From Armatimonadota bacterium (GTDB lineage Bacteria; Armatimonadota; SYMT01), in the NCBI GenBank assembly GCA_046292385.1, contig JBKBRF010000009.1:93840-157839 (forward strand): 64,000 nt of DNA. Direction: 5' to 3'. The notes beneath the pieces are model-generated. The model worked only from the letters and a program-made list of their open reading frames with translations. It was not told the origin of the DNA and did not search any database. Of this stretch, positions 29,315 to 38,868 are shown piece after piece (position 1 is the stretch's first letter; the number at the start of each line of letters is the position of its first letter). Position numbers and translations under genes: made by a program.

Positions 29315-29392
29315 GGGGAGATGGAAGAGGAGAGAAGAAAGAGCGGGACCGGAGACGGGATCTTCTCTTTCATCTTTCCTCTCTTCTCTTCA
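29315..29392. repeat. Imperfect purine/pyrimidine-tract inverted repeat in a divergent intergenic region
   Basis: GGAAGAGGAGAGAAGAAAGAG ... CTCTTTCATCTTTCCTCTCTTCTCTTC. Confidence 0.55.
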
Positions 29393-29478
29393 GGCTTGTC
29401 CCGGTGCACGAGGGGCGGCGGGTGGGCACCTCTCGGCTGGCCTGGTCCGGGGGAGATCCGGCGGAGGGCGGAGGTGCG

Positions 29479-30432
29479 ATGAACTGGCGAGTGAAGGCGT
29501 TGACGCAGAAGACGCTCTCGGTGCTCCCGGGGGGCGAGCGCATGCACTCCCTGCTGCAGCGGCGGTGCGGCGGCCTGAGCCACTTCGAGGGGGAGTGCTC
29601 GAGCAAGATCCAGGACTGGAAGAACATGGCGCTCCTGCTGCGCCAGGCCGGGGTACCGCTGGAAGGGAGCCGCCTCCTGGAGATCGGGACCGGCTGGTAC
29701 CCCACCCTGCCGTTCTGCTGCGCGGCGGCGGGCGCGGCGGAGGTGCTGACGATCGACCTGAACCGCTACCTCGACCCGGAGCTCACGCGCCGCTGCGCGG
29801 AGCTGGTCGAGGAGCAGTTGGAGGAGATCGCCGCGTGCGCGGGCCGCTCTCTCCCGACGACTCGGGGGGACTGGCAGCGCGTCGCGGAGCTGGTCCGCTC
29901 CGGGCGCGCGCTCGAGAGCAAGGCCGGCGCCCGCCTGCGCTACCTGGCCCCCGGCGACGCCACGCGCACCGGCCTTCCCGCGGACTCGCTCGACGTCGTC
30001 TTCTCCAACTCGGTATTGGAGCACGTCCCGCCGCGGGTGATCGAGGGGATGATGCGGGAGAGCTTCCGCATCCTGCGGCCGGGCGGGGTGGTCTTCCACA
30101 GTGTCAACTGCGGAGACCACTACAGCTACTTCGATTCCTCCGTGACGCAGCTCAACTACCTGCGCTACTCGGACCGGCAGTGGAGCCTCTGGAACAACGC
30201 CTTCCTCTACCAGAACCGGCTGCGGGCGGTCGACTTCGTCCGCATGGCCAGGGAGCACGGGTTCGAAGTCGAGATCGACACCTCGCACCCCACTCCCCAG
30301 CGGCAGCAGGAGCTGCGGCACGTGCCGGTCGCCCGCCGGTTCCGCGACTACTCGCCGGACGACCTCTGCATCACCACGATCGACTTCGTGGCCCGCAAGC
30401 CGGGCCGGCAAGAGGCCGGGGGCGTCGAATGA
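29479..30432 (+). CDS. Class I SAM-dependent methyltransferase
   Basis: LEIGTG, DVVFSNSVLEHV and RILRPGG motifs; GGAGG SD. Confidence 0.9.
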   Translation: MNWRVKALTQKTLSVLPGGERMHSLLQRRCGGLSHFEGECSSKIQDWKNMALLLRQAGVPLEGSRLLEIGTGWYPTLPFCCAAAGAAEVLTIDLNRYLDPELTRRCAELVEEQLEEIAACAGRSLPTTRGDWQRVAELVRSGRALESKAGARLRYLAPGDATRTGLPADSLDVVFSNSVLEHVPPRVIEGMMRESFRILRPGGVVFHSVNCGDHYSYFDSSVTQLNYLRYSDRQWSLWNNAFLYQNRLRAVDFVRMAREHGFEVEIDTSHPTPQRQQELRHVPVARRFRDYSPDDLCITTIDFVARKPGRQEAGGVE

Positions 30433-31580
30433 ACGAGAAGCAGCGCTTCACCCTGCAGATCGCCGCCCGGGCCGGCGCGGCACTGGCGCGGCAGACGCTG
30501 ACCCCGCGCCGGCGCACCGGGCCGGTCGAGATCTACCTGGCGCTGGTCGACCACTTCGAGCCGAGCGTCGGCCGGCCGTCCCGGGCGGTCGCCCACCGGC
30601 GGCTGGAAGACTGGCTGACCCGGTATCCACAGGTCGCCGGCCGGCACCGGGACGCCGACGGCCGGCATCCCGCCCACACCTTCTGCTACCCGTGGGATGA
30701 GCTCGACCCGTGGGAGCTGGACCGGCTCGCGGAGCTCTGCGCGGAGGGCTGGGGGGAGATCGAGCTGCATCTCCACCACCGGGACGACACCGAAGCGACC
30801 CTCCGCACGAAGCTGCGGGAGGCGCTGCGGACCTACCGCGCCGCCGGAGCGCTCTCCGAGTGGCCGGACGGCCGAACCGCCTTCGGCTTCGTGCACGGGA
30901 ACTGGGCGCTCGACAACTCCCGCTGCGATGACGGCCGCAACTTCTGCGGTGTGAACAGCGAGATTTCCGTTCTCATCGAGGAAGGCTGCTACGCCGACTT
31001 CACCTTCCCCGCGTGGCAGCAGACGGCGCAGCCGCGGCAGGTGAGCTCGATCTTCTACGCGGTCGACGACCCGGCGCGGCCGAAGTCGCACGACCGCGGC
31101 CTCCCCGCCCGCGCCGGAGCTTCCGCCGGTGCCGGCCTGCCGATCATCCAGGGGCCGCTCGTCCCGTTCCTCAAGCGCCGCGGGTGGAAGCCGCTGCCCG
31201 CCATGGACGACGGCGACCTCGCCGCCTACCGCCGCTACGAGCCGGCGCGGCTCGACCGGTGGGTGCGCGCCGGGATCCACGTGGCCGGCTGCCCGGACCG
31301 CGTCTTCATCAAGCTCCACTGCCACGGCGCGGAGGATGCCAACCGCCAGGCGCTGCTGGGAGAGGACCTGGAGGCGCTCTTCACCGACGCCGAAGCGCGG
31401 TACAACGACGGCGAGCGCTATCGCCTTCACTACGTCTCCGCGCGGGAGATGTTCAACACCATGCGCGCGATCGAGACCGTCGGCCCCCGCGCCCCCCTCT
31501 CCCCCCGCGACTGGCTCCTCCCCCGCCCCCAGGCCGCTGCTATCGGGCGAGGTCGGGAGTTGACGGCTTGCACCGCCTGA
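30429..31580 (+). CDS. Conserved hypothetical protein, possible metal-dependent polysaccharide deacetylase-like enzyme
   Basis: Start overlaps the methyltransferase stop (ATGA). His/Asp motifs DHFEP, ELHLHH, FVHGNWALDN, YADFTFP and KLHCHG. Confidence 0.7.
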   Translation: MNEKQRFTLQIAARAGAALARQTLTPRRRTGPVEIYLALVDHFEPSVGRPSRAVAHRRLEDWLTRYPQVAGRHRDADGRHPAHTFCYPWDELDPWELDRLAELCAEGWGEIELHLHHRDDTEATLRTKLREALRTYRAAGALSEWPDGRTAFGFVHGNWALDNSRCDDGRNFCGVNSEISVLIEEGCYADFTFPAWQQTAQPRQVSSIFYAVDDPARPKSHDRGLPARAGASAGAGLPIIQGPLVPFLKRRGWKPLPAMDDGDLAAYRRYEPARLDRWVRAGIHVAGCPDRVFIKLHCHGAEDANRQALLGEDLEALFTDAEARYNDGERYRLHYVSAREMFNTMRAIETVGPRAPLSPRDWLLPRPQAAAIGRGRELTACTA

Positions 31581-31697
31581 GCGCCTCGCGGCACTCCTGC
31601 TGCTCTCGTCAGGTTCGGTGAGTAGGAGTAAGAGTTGTCGACGACCCTCCAGGTCACCCGCGGCCAGGAAAAGTGCGGCGGCGGCTCCTGCTCACGG

Positions 31698-31818
31698 GGC
31701 CTCACCCTCGATCCCTCTCCTGTGAGGAGAGGGAAACTATGGGTGTGATGCCGCGACTCCCCCTTCCCTCGCAGGGAAGGCTTGTCCCCCGAACGGGGGA
31801 GGGCCGGGGGGTTAGGCC
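31698..31818. repeat. REP-like multi-hairpin element (CCTCACCC...CCCTCTCC/GGAGAGGG...GGGTTAGG type) between convergent genes
   Basis: Hairpins TCCCTCTCCT/AGGAGAGGGA, CCTTCCCT/AGGGAAGG and TCCCCC/GGGGGA; ends are roughly complementary. Confidence 0.65.
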
Positions 31819-31888
31819 GCGCCGAAGCGCCTGCCGATCGCCATTGGACCGAGAGCTGAGGTCGGAGATGCCGCTCCGGGCCGCGGTG

Positions 31889-33082
31889 CTACGCCGGCAA
31901 CAGCAGCGGGTTTGCCGCCCCCTCGTGACACGCATCCCGCAGCGCCGTGTAGAGCGTGTCCGCGAAGCAGTCCCAGGAGAGGCAGGGCACGGTAGCGCGC
32001 AGCGCTTCCGGGTCCCAGGGGCGCGAGAGCACGTCGGTGAGGGCGGCGGCGAGCACCTTTGGCCGGTCGGCGGGGACCAGCAGCCCGTTCCCGCGGCTCA
32101 GCAGTTCCGGGACGCCGCCGACCATTGAGGCGACCACCGGGCGCCCGGACGCAAGTGCCTCCAGCACCACGTTCGGGCACCCCTCGCGGCGGCTGGGAAG
32201 GCAGAGCAGGTCGCCGGCGGAGATCCAGGTCGGGATCTGCTCGTAGGGCTGCCGGCCGTGGAACCGCACCCGGCTCTCCAGTCCCAGCTCCCGCACCCGC
32301 GCCTCCAGCGACGGCCGGAGCGGCCCATCGCCGACGAGCGCGATCTGCGGCACCGGCTTTCCAGCCGCCGCCAGCGCGCCGGCCGCTTCGACCAGCACGT
32401 CCGGGCCCTTCTCCGGCACCAGGTTGCCGACGTAGGTGACGAGCCGCGCCTCCGGATCGAGATCCAGACGGCCGCGCGCGTGCTCCCGGCTGGAGATCCG
32501 GAACCGCTCGCCGTCTACCCCGTTATGCTGCACGATGATCCGCTCGCCGGGGATGCCGAGCTGCCGGATGCGGCGGTCCAGCGCCCGGCTCACCACGATC
32601 GTGCGCTGCGCCTGTCCCAGGCCCCAGCGGATCTGCTTGCGCAGGCCGGGGTGCTGCAGGAATTCGTTGGCGTCGCTGCCGAGCACCATCGTCACCAGCG
32701 GCAGCCCCAGCTCCCGCGCCAGGTGCGCGGCGGCGACGCCGTCCGGATAAGCCCAGGCGGCGAGGATCGCGTCGAAGCCGATCTCCCGCTGCAGCCGCTT
32801 CACCTGGCTCCGGAGCGAACGGTACATGCCCTGCGCGTGGAGCACGCGGCCGACCCGCGGCGCGGTCCAGTAGGTCGGGAACGCGGCGCGGATTCCGGTC
32901 CACTCCTCCTCCGGCGGGCGGACGAGCGCGGAGGGCTGGCGCAGGCGCTCCCACCACGGCACCGGGGCCAGCAGGCGCAGGTCGCACCGGCGGGCCAGCG
33001 CGTCGAAGCCGTTCAGGTTGAACGTGCCGCGCGTGGGACGCTGCCGGGAGGGGAAGAGGTTGGTCAGCACGAGAGCCCGCAT
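31889..33082 (-). CDS. Glycosyltransferase family 4 (TuaC-like)
   Basis: LTNLFP, AWAYPDG, HNGVD, VGNLVPEKG and EGCPNVVLEALASG motifs. Confidence 0.92.
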   Translation of the reverse strand: MRALVLTNLFPSRQRPTRGTFNLNGFDALARRCDLRLLAPVPWWERLRQPSALVRPPEEEWTGIRAAFPTYWTAPRVGRVLHAQGMYRSLRSQVKRLQREIGFDAILAAWAYPDGVAAAHLARELGLPLVTMVLGSDANEFLQHPGLRKQIRWGLGQAQRTIVVSRALDRRIRQLGIPGERIIVQHNGVDGERFRISSREHARGRLDLDPEARLVTYVGNLVPEKGPDVLVEAAGALAAAGKPVPQIALVGDGPLRPSLEARVRELGLESRVRFHGRQPYEQIPTWISAGDLLCLPSRREGCPNVVLEALASGRPVVASMVGGVPELLSRGNGLLVPADRPKVLAAALTDVLSRPWDPEALRATVPCLSWDCFADTLYTALRDACHEGAANPLLLPA

Positions 33083-34221
33083 CAGCCGGGTACCTCCTGG
33101 CGGCGCAGCCCCGGCTCGGCCGGGCGCCGTAAGCACTGTTCGTAAAGGGCGTCATACTCCCGGAGCATCCGTTCGAACGAGAAGGCCGAGCGCACGTGCT
33201 CGCAGCTCGCGGCGCCCAGCTCCTCTCGCAGCGCGGGCGACTCGCAGAGACGCCGGAGCGCCGCCGCGAGCGCCTCCGGCTGGTTGACCGGAACCAGCAG
33301 CCCGTGCCGCCCGTGCTCCATTACCTCCGGAATCCCGCCCACGCGAGTCGCCACGACGGGCACCCGATGCGACATCGCTTCGAGGACCGAGAGCGGAAGC
33401 CCCTCACTTAAGGACGGAAGCACGAAGAAGTCTGCCGCACCGAGGAGGTCCGGGACGTCGGCCCGGAAGCCGAGGAATCTTACGCGCTCCTGGAGGCCCA
33501 GCCGTACGGAGAGCGCCTGGAGCTCGCCACGCGCGGCGCCGTCGCCGGCGATCAACACCGTCAGCGGCACGCCTTCTCCGCGAAGGATCGCGCTCGCCTG
33601 CAGCAGCGTGTCGTGTCCCTTGCAGCCGTCCACGCGGGCCGCGATCAGGGCTGCGGTCTCTGCGCCGAGCCCCAGCTCCGCGCGGACCGCCTCCCGGCTC
33701 CGCCGCGCCGGCTTCGGCTCGATGCCGTTCAGGATCGCGCAGCAGCGGGAGCGCGGAAAGCCGGGCCAGACCTGCTCGCCGGCGGCCCGGGAGACGCCGA
33801 CCACCGCGGAAGTGAGTCGGCGCTCCAGCGGCGAGGGCGTGCGCGCGTCGGCGCGGCCCCGGCCGTGGTAGGTCATCACCACCGGGGCGCCCGTCACGAT
33901 CCGGCCCAACACAGCGTAGTGGAGAGCGCTGGGGTTGTGCGCGTGGAGGAGGTCCGGGCGGAGCCGCCGGAGAAGGCGGAGACCCCGCGCCGCCCGGCTG
34001 AGCCGGCCCGGCTGGGAGAGCGCCGCGGCTATTACGCCCTGGCGCTGCGCCTCCTCCAGGAGCGGCCCGCCAGCCAGGCCGACCACCGCGGCGTGATGCC
34101 CCGCGCGGCACTGCTCCGCCGCGAGACGGATGGCGAAGTGCTCCAGCCCACCCACCTGAAAGCTGCTGATCAGGTGCAGGATGCGGAGCGGGCGGCCCGG
34201 CTGGCGTGACTGGCTCATCAC
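33082..34221 (-). CDS. Glycosyltransferase family 4
   Basis: GGLE, HAHN, NGI, KGH and EGLPLSVLEAM...PVVATRVGGIPE motifs. Confidence 0.92.
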   Translation of the reverse strand: MMSQSRQPGRPLRILHLISSFQVGGLEHFAIRLAAEQCRAGHHAAVVGLAGGPLLEEAQRQGVIAAALSQPGRLSRAARGLRLLRRLRPDLLHAHNPSALHYAVLGRIVTGAPVVMTYHGRGRADARTPSPLERRLTSAVVGVSRAAGEQVWPGFPRSRCCAILNGIEPKPARRSREAVRAELGLGAETAALIAARVDGCKGHDTLLQASAILRGEGVPLTVLIAGDGAARGELQALSVRLGLQERVRFLGFRADVPDLLGAADFFVLPSLSEGLPLSVLEAMSHRVPVVATRVGGIPEVMEHGRHGLLVPVNQPEALAAALRRLCESPALREELGAASCEHVRSAFSFERMLREYDALYEQCLRRPAEPGLRRQEVPG

Positions 34222-34227
34222 CGCGGC

Positions 34228-35202
34228 CTACCAGCCGACCGCCGCACCGGCCAGCGCCTGCGTTCCATCCGGGTCGAGCTGCGCCGTCAGCATCGCCCGC
34301 AGCCCTTCCCGCAGGCTGACGCGCGGCGCATACCCCAGGTCACGCCGCGCGCGGGTAATCTCCGCCCGCGAGTCGCGCACGTCTCCCGGCCGCTCCGGCA
34401 GGTGCACCGGCTCGATGATGCAGCCGAGCAGCTCCCCGATCACGTCCAGCAGGTCGAGGAGGGAGACGGCGTTCCCGCCCGCCACGTTGTAGACCCCGCC
34501 GGGCGCGTAAGTGGAGTCGGCCGCGAGCACGTTCGCGTCGACCACGTTCTCCACGTGGACAAAGTCGCGCGTCTGCCGTCCGTCGCCGTAGACGGTCGGC
34601 GAGGCTCCCCGAAGCGCGGCGTCGACGAACATGGGAACCACCGCGGCGTAACCCGACTGCACGTTCTGCCCGGTCCCGAACACGTTGAAGTAGCGCAGGC
34701 AGACCGTCTCCAGTCCGTAAAGCTGCCAGAAGTTCCGGCAGTAGAGCTCGCCGCACGCCTTTCCGCTGGCGTAGGGCGACTCCGGCTTGAGCGGTTGGCT
34801 CTCGTCGGTGGGCACGCGCTCCGCGTTGCCATAGACGGAGGCGGACGACGAGAAGACGAAGCGCCGCACTCCCCGCTCGCGGGCGGCATTAAGCAGGTTG
34901 AGCGTTCCGTTCACATTCACCGAATGGGCGTAGGAGGGGTCGTCGACCGAGAGGGGCACCGAGACCAGCGCGGCGAGGTGGAAGAGCGTATCGACCCCCT
35001 CGGTCGCCCGGCGGCACGCGGCCTCTTCCCGGACGTCGCCCTCTAAGATCTCCAGGTCGGAGGCCCGCCCGGCCAGGTTGCTCCGGCTTCCGGAGCTGAA
35101 GTTGTCCAGCACGCGTACCTGCCATCCCCCCTGCAGCAGGCGATGGACGAGCCGGCTGCCGATGAACCCGGCTCCGCCGGTAACCAGAGCGATCCGCGAC
35201 AT
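34228..35202 (-). CDS. NAD-dependent nucleotide-sugar epimerase (WbpP/GalE-like)
   Basis: VTGGAGFIGS, SSSASVYG, YASGK, LRYFNVFG, GDGRQTRDF and RPGDV motifs. Confidence 0.93.
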   Translation of the reverse strand: MSRIALVTGGAGFIGSRLVHRLLQGGWQVRVLDNFSSGSRSNLAGRASDLEILEGDVREEAACRRATEGVDTLFHLAALVSVPLSVDDPSYAHSVNVNGTLNLLNAARERGVRRFVFSSSASVYGNAERVPTDESQPLKPESPYASGKACGELYCRNFWQLYGLETVCLRYFNVFGTGQNVQSGYAAVVPMFVDAALRGASPTVYGDGRQTRDFVHVENVVDANVLAADSTYAPGGVYNVAGGNAVSLLDLLDVIGELLGCIIEPVHLPERPGDVRDSRAEITRARRDLGYAPRVSLREGLRAMLTAQLDPDGTQALAGAAVGW

Positions 35203-35234
35203 GGGGAAACCTCCTGAAAGATCGGGTCAATGGA

Positions 35235-35505
35235 CTGGCAAGCTGCCAGGTGCCAGGTCAGTCACCGCTGCACGGGAGGCCGGACCTGGAACCTGCAGCC
35301 TGCCAACCCGTAAGTCCGTGATAGAGGAACGGGTTTGGCAAGGGAGAGTGGGAGGCGTCTGTTGCAGGTTAGCAAGTTGGCAGATTGCAGGTTGAGCTCC
35401 CCGGTGGGTGGGGTTCGGAACCTGAAACTTGCTAACCTGGACCCTGCTAACCGCAGCGGGCGAGCAGATCTCCCACTCCCCCACTCTCCCTTGCTCCCAC
35501 TCCAG
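35235..35505. repeat. Nested simple-repeat inverted repeats inside the EPS operon
   Basis: CAGGTTAGCAAGTT (35365-35378) pairs with AACTTGCTAACCTG (35426-35439), enclosed by GCAAGGGAGAGTGGG / CCCACTCTCCCTTGC arms. Confidence 0.75.
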
Positions 35506-35531
35506 CCCGTCAGAAGCAGCTGGCCCCGGCA

Positions 35532-37286
35532 CTAATAGCCGCCGTAGTAGCCGCCGCCGAGCATCAGTCCGGCGAGCGGGACCAGGCGCAGCACCCGCTC
35601 GAAGAAGCCCGGCTTGCGCGGCTCCCGAGTCTCTTCCGGCACGATGATGCGATCGCCGGCCTGGATCGCGACGTTCTCCTTCGGGTCGCCCTTCAGGAGC
35701 TTCCTGGCATCGACCACCACCAGCCCCAGCGCCTTCGGATCGGTCTTGTCGTCCAGCCGGACCGTCTTCGACGGCTCGTGCTCGTCGCGAAGCTGCCCGT
35801 GCTCGTCGAAGCGAGACGCGGGGATCACTACGAGCTGGCGAGAGGCGCTGGCGGCGATCCCTTCCGCGGAAGCCAGGGCGTCGAGCAGCGTCATTCCGGG
35901 CCGCGCCGTGTACTTACCGGGACGCTTGACCCCGCCCACGATGGCGAACCGGTTCGCGTCATCGTTCGGGACGAAGATCACGTCGCCCGGGAGCAGCGCG
36001 TACTCCGGATCCTCCGCCCGCTTGCGTCCGGAGGAGACGTCGTCCAGGTTCACGGTCCGCGCCACCTTTCCGTCGCGGATCACCTGCACCCGCAGCCGGT
36101 CCGCCAGGTCGGTCAGGCCCCCGCCGGCGGTCATCACGAAGTCCCAGATGTTGGTAGTAGTGCCGAGCGGCTTCTCGCCCTGTGCCTTCACCTCGCCGCG
36201 AAGGACGGCGGTGCCGGTGGGGACGAAGACCAGGTCGCCCGGGAGCAGCCGCTGCATCGGGTCGTCTCCCTGCGCGAGGCCGCTCTCCACCAAGGTGAGA
36301 TCGAACACCAGCGGCTTCTCGCCCTCGCGGACGATCTGCACGCGGCGGCGGTCCGCCCGCTCCGTCAGGCCGCCGGACGGTCCCAGCAGCAGGTCCCAGA
36401 GATGCGTGGGGCCGTTCAGCTCCTTCTCCCCCGCGCTCTTCACCTCTCCGCGCACGGTCACCGTCCCGGCGTAGCGCGACATCACGGTGACGTGATCTCC
36501 TTCCTGCAGGCGGAGGTCGTCTTCCGCCTTGCCGGTGCGGATGCGAGCGAGATCGAGGGTGAGCGGCAGGGCGCTATCGCGGCGGCGCAGGACGACGCGC
36601 GACCAGTCGACGCGGTCGGTCGGCCGCGCGAGCTGGATCGCCGCGTAGAGCGTCGGCGCGTCATCCAGCTTCTTCTGCCCGGGCGCCTGCACCTCGCCGT
36701 CGATGTTGAACACGCGGAGGCTCTTCGGGGGCACGGTGATGATGTCGCCCGGCTTCACCGGCACGGTATTCGCGGGATCCTGGAGCAGCTTCTCGAGCTC
36801 CACCACCTCCGACTTCCCGCTCTCCTTCCGGAGAATCGAGATGCGGGTCGTGTCCGCGTTGGGGGTCGGCTGACCGGCGGCGGCGAGGACGTCGAGCAGA
36901 CCCTCGCCACTCCGGATCTTAATGGTGCCCGGGTGGGCTACCTCGCCGTAGACCAGCACCCTGGAGCTCGCGCGGGTCGTCACCGCCACGGTCACTTCGA
37001 ACAGCTTCAGGTACTTCTTGAGCTCCTCGTCCAGGCGATCGCGGAGCTGCGCCGCGGTGAGCCCGGCTGCCCGGATCTTCCCCACCATCTCCAGCGCAAT
37101 CTCCCCCCGCCCATCGAGAGTAAAGGCTCCGCTTAGCTGCGGCTCCCCGCTCACCTGCACCGTCACCACGTCTTCCGGCTCCAGCGGGGCGTCCTCCGCG
37201 GAGCCGGCGCGCGGAGCCAGCAGGGTCAGCGCCGAAAGCAGGACCAGCGCCAGGGCGCGCAGCCGGGCCGGACTAAGAGAGAGCAT
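35532..37286 (-). CDS. wza: Polysaccharide export protein (Wza/OPX-like) with multiple SLBB domains
   Basis: Signal peptide, Poly_export motif (G.I....VGKIRAAGLT), about 5-6 SLBB repeats (V.GEV..PG...L.PGD...VP) and a C-terminal amphipathic helix. GAGG SD before ATG 37286. Confidence 0.85.
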   Translation of the reverse strand: MLSLSPARLRALALVLLSALTLLAPRAGSAEDAPLEPEDVVTVQVSGEPQLSGAFTLDGRGEIALEMVGKIRAAGLTAAQLRDRLDEELKKYLKLFEVTVAVTTRASSRVLVYGEVAHPGTIKIRSGEGLLDVLAAAGQPTPNADTTRISILRKESGKSEVVELEKLLQDPANTVPVKPGDIITVPPKSLRVFNIDGEVQAPGQKKLDDAPTLYAAIQLARPTDRVDWSRVVLRRRDSALPLTLDLARIRTGKAEDDLRLQEGDHVTVMSRYAGTVTVRGEVKSAGEKELNGPTHLWDLLLGPSGGLTERADRRRVQIVREGEKPLVFDLTLVESGLAQGDDPMQRLLPGDLVFVPTGTAVLRGEVKAQGEKPLGTTTNIWDFVMTAGGGLTDLADRLRVQVIRDGKVARTVNLDDVSSGRKRAEDPEYALLPGDVIFVPNDDANRFAIVGGVKRPGKYTARPGMTLLDALASAEGIAASASRQLVVIPASRFDEHGQLRDEHEPSKTVRLDDKTDPKALGLVVVDARKLLKGDPKENVAIQAGDRIIVPEETREPRKPGFFERVLRLVPLAGLMLGGGYYGGY

Positions 37287-37379
37287 GTTGCCACCTCGTC
37301 GGGTTGGTTCAGAGGCCTCGCCGGCCGGTTGGGCCATGCGGGGCGTTGCGTCTCACCAGTTGCAGAGGCTCCCCCTCCC

Positions 37380-37413
37380 GTGCAGGCTCACAAAATTTGT
37401 TTTGAACTTGCAC
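37380..37413. promoter_or_regulatory. AT-rich imperfect palindrome in the divergent wza/sigma promoter region
   Basis: GTGCAGGCTCA-CAAAATTTGTTT-TGAACTTGCAC. Confidence 0.4.
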
Positions 37414-37484
37414 AAACGGAGAGAGCCCGAGCATCTCCCGGGATGTAGAGCCTTTTGGCCGCTCGATCCTTCGAGGAGTAACCA

Positions 37485-38189
37485 ATGGCCCAAGCAACGA
37501 AGGCCTCGGTGGCGGAAATCCCGCCCCGTACTCGGCTGAATCACCAACCGGAACGCGTCCCGAACCGCCGAGACCACGCTGGAGCTCCTTCCACGGCTCC
37601 CCTTCCCCGCCGGCGCGAGGCTGTCGCGCCGGAACGACTGCCGCGCCTCCCGTCCGATACGGAAGAACCGCTCTCTCGCGAAGCGCTCTATCTCGAGTTT
37701 CAGCCGCTCGTGCGCCGGCTGCTCCGCCAGTATGGGGAGGACCTCGACTTCCGCGAGGACCTGGTCGGCGAGATCTACTGCCGCTTCTGCGACCTGTACG
37801 ACGCGTTCGACCCGAGCCGGGGCGTGCCTCTGCGTCCGTACCTGGTCCGCACCCTGACGGCGTCGGTCTACACTTACTCGCGCAGCCAGTGGCGCCGGAA
37901 GCACCGAGAGGTGGTGCTGGACAGCGGGACGGAGCTTCCGGACTCGATTCAGGACCACTCCAGCGCCTGGGACCAGAAGCTGCTGACCGAGGCCGTGCTG
38001 CGCTCGCTCCCGGACGCGGTGGCCCGCCTGCCCCAGCGCCAGCGGCAGGTGGTGATCTGGCGCTACTACGAGTCCCGCAGCTTCGAGGAGATCGCCGACG
38101 TGCTGCAGATCCGCCCGGCCACGGCCCGCTCCATCCTGCGGCACGGGCTCAACAACCTCCGGCGCTGGATCGCGCCGACCGAGCTCTAG
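37485..38189 (+). CDS. Sigma-70 family RNA polymerase sigma factor (regions 2 and 4 only)
   Basis: Region 2 LY..FQPLVRR...EDL...FDPSRG; region 4 LPQRQRQV...SFEEIA..L..RPAT. GAGGAG SD. Confidence 0.9.
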   Translation: MAQATKASVAEIPPRTRLNHQPERVPNRRDHAGAPSTAPLPRRREAVAPERLPRLPSDTEEPLSREALYLEFQPLVRRLLRQYGEDLDFREDLVGEIYCRFCDLYDAFDPSRGVPLRPYLVRTLTASVYTYSRSQWRRKHREVVLDSGTELPDSIQDHSSAWDQKLLTEAVLRSLPDAVARLPQRQRQVVIWRYYESRSFEEIADVLQIRPATARSILRHGLNNLRRWIAPTEL

Positions 38190-38249
38190 CGCGGGAGCCG
38201 CCGGACCATCTCCGGCGTCCCGCCGCTGCGCACCACTGCCACGGTAGAT

Positions 38250-38288
38250 TGGCGGGGTTGGATCTTCTTCCAACCCCGCCATTTTTTC
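38250..38288 (+). terminator. Rho-independent terminator after the sigma gene
   Basis: TGGCGGGGTTGGA-TCTTCT-TCCAACCCCGCCA followed by TTTTTT. Confidence 0.85.
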
Positions 38289-38601
38289 TCAGCCTGTCGA
38301 AGCGGCCCTACCGTCCTCCATTCCAGTCATCCTGAGCCGCCGGCACGGTTGAAGGCCGGCCGCCCCGAAGTGCCGGAGTGTCGCTCCCTCGATCACCCTC
38401 CGGCACTTCGATCAAGGCACCGCTCCCCGCATTCGTCATTCTGAACGCAGTGAAGAATCTCGGCAGCCGCTCGGGTCCGGGATACACAGCGCGGCTGATG
38501 CCGCAACCAAACTCAAGACGGCGGGTGAATGCTTGATTCGTCGAGATCAGCATCGCGCCGAGGGTCCACCCCGCGCCCTCCCCACCCGGAGCAGCTCAAA
38601 C

Positions 38602-38868
38602 GACCACCCCTCGCCAGATACTGCTGGCGAAATCGGGGAGCTGCCCCGGTGGCCCCGCTGACGCGGGGCGCGAAAGCAAGCATTCGCACTCCACAGGCTA
38701 GCCCGGAAGAGATTCCCTCTCGTCGAAAGGGAGACTGCCCCGGTGCAGTCTGTGGAGTGCGGTGGCTTGCCACCGCTTCCCCGCCAGGGGAATCTCGCCG
38801 AAGGGGTCGGCCACCGATGATCCTCCTGCCCGGCTGATTTCGCCAACAGTATCTCGCCAGGGGTGGTC
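38602..38868. repeat. MITE/REP-like element with 33-bp imperfect terminal inverted repeats and nested internal inverted repeats
   Basis: 38602-38634 vs the reverse complement of 38836-38868 shows 3 mismatches; internal GCACTCCACAG / CTGTGGAGTGC. Confidence 0.7.

Noticed and set aside
28056..30428. Long N-terminal extensions of the 1050-aa (minus) and 890-aa (plus) ORFs in the track
   Set aside because: They overlap better-supported genes in other frames; the true starts are at 28055 and 30429.
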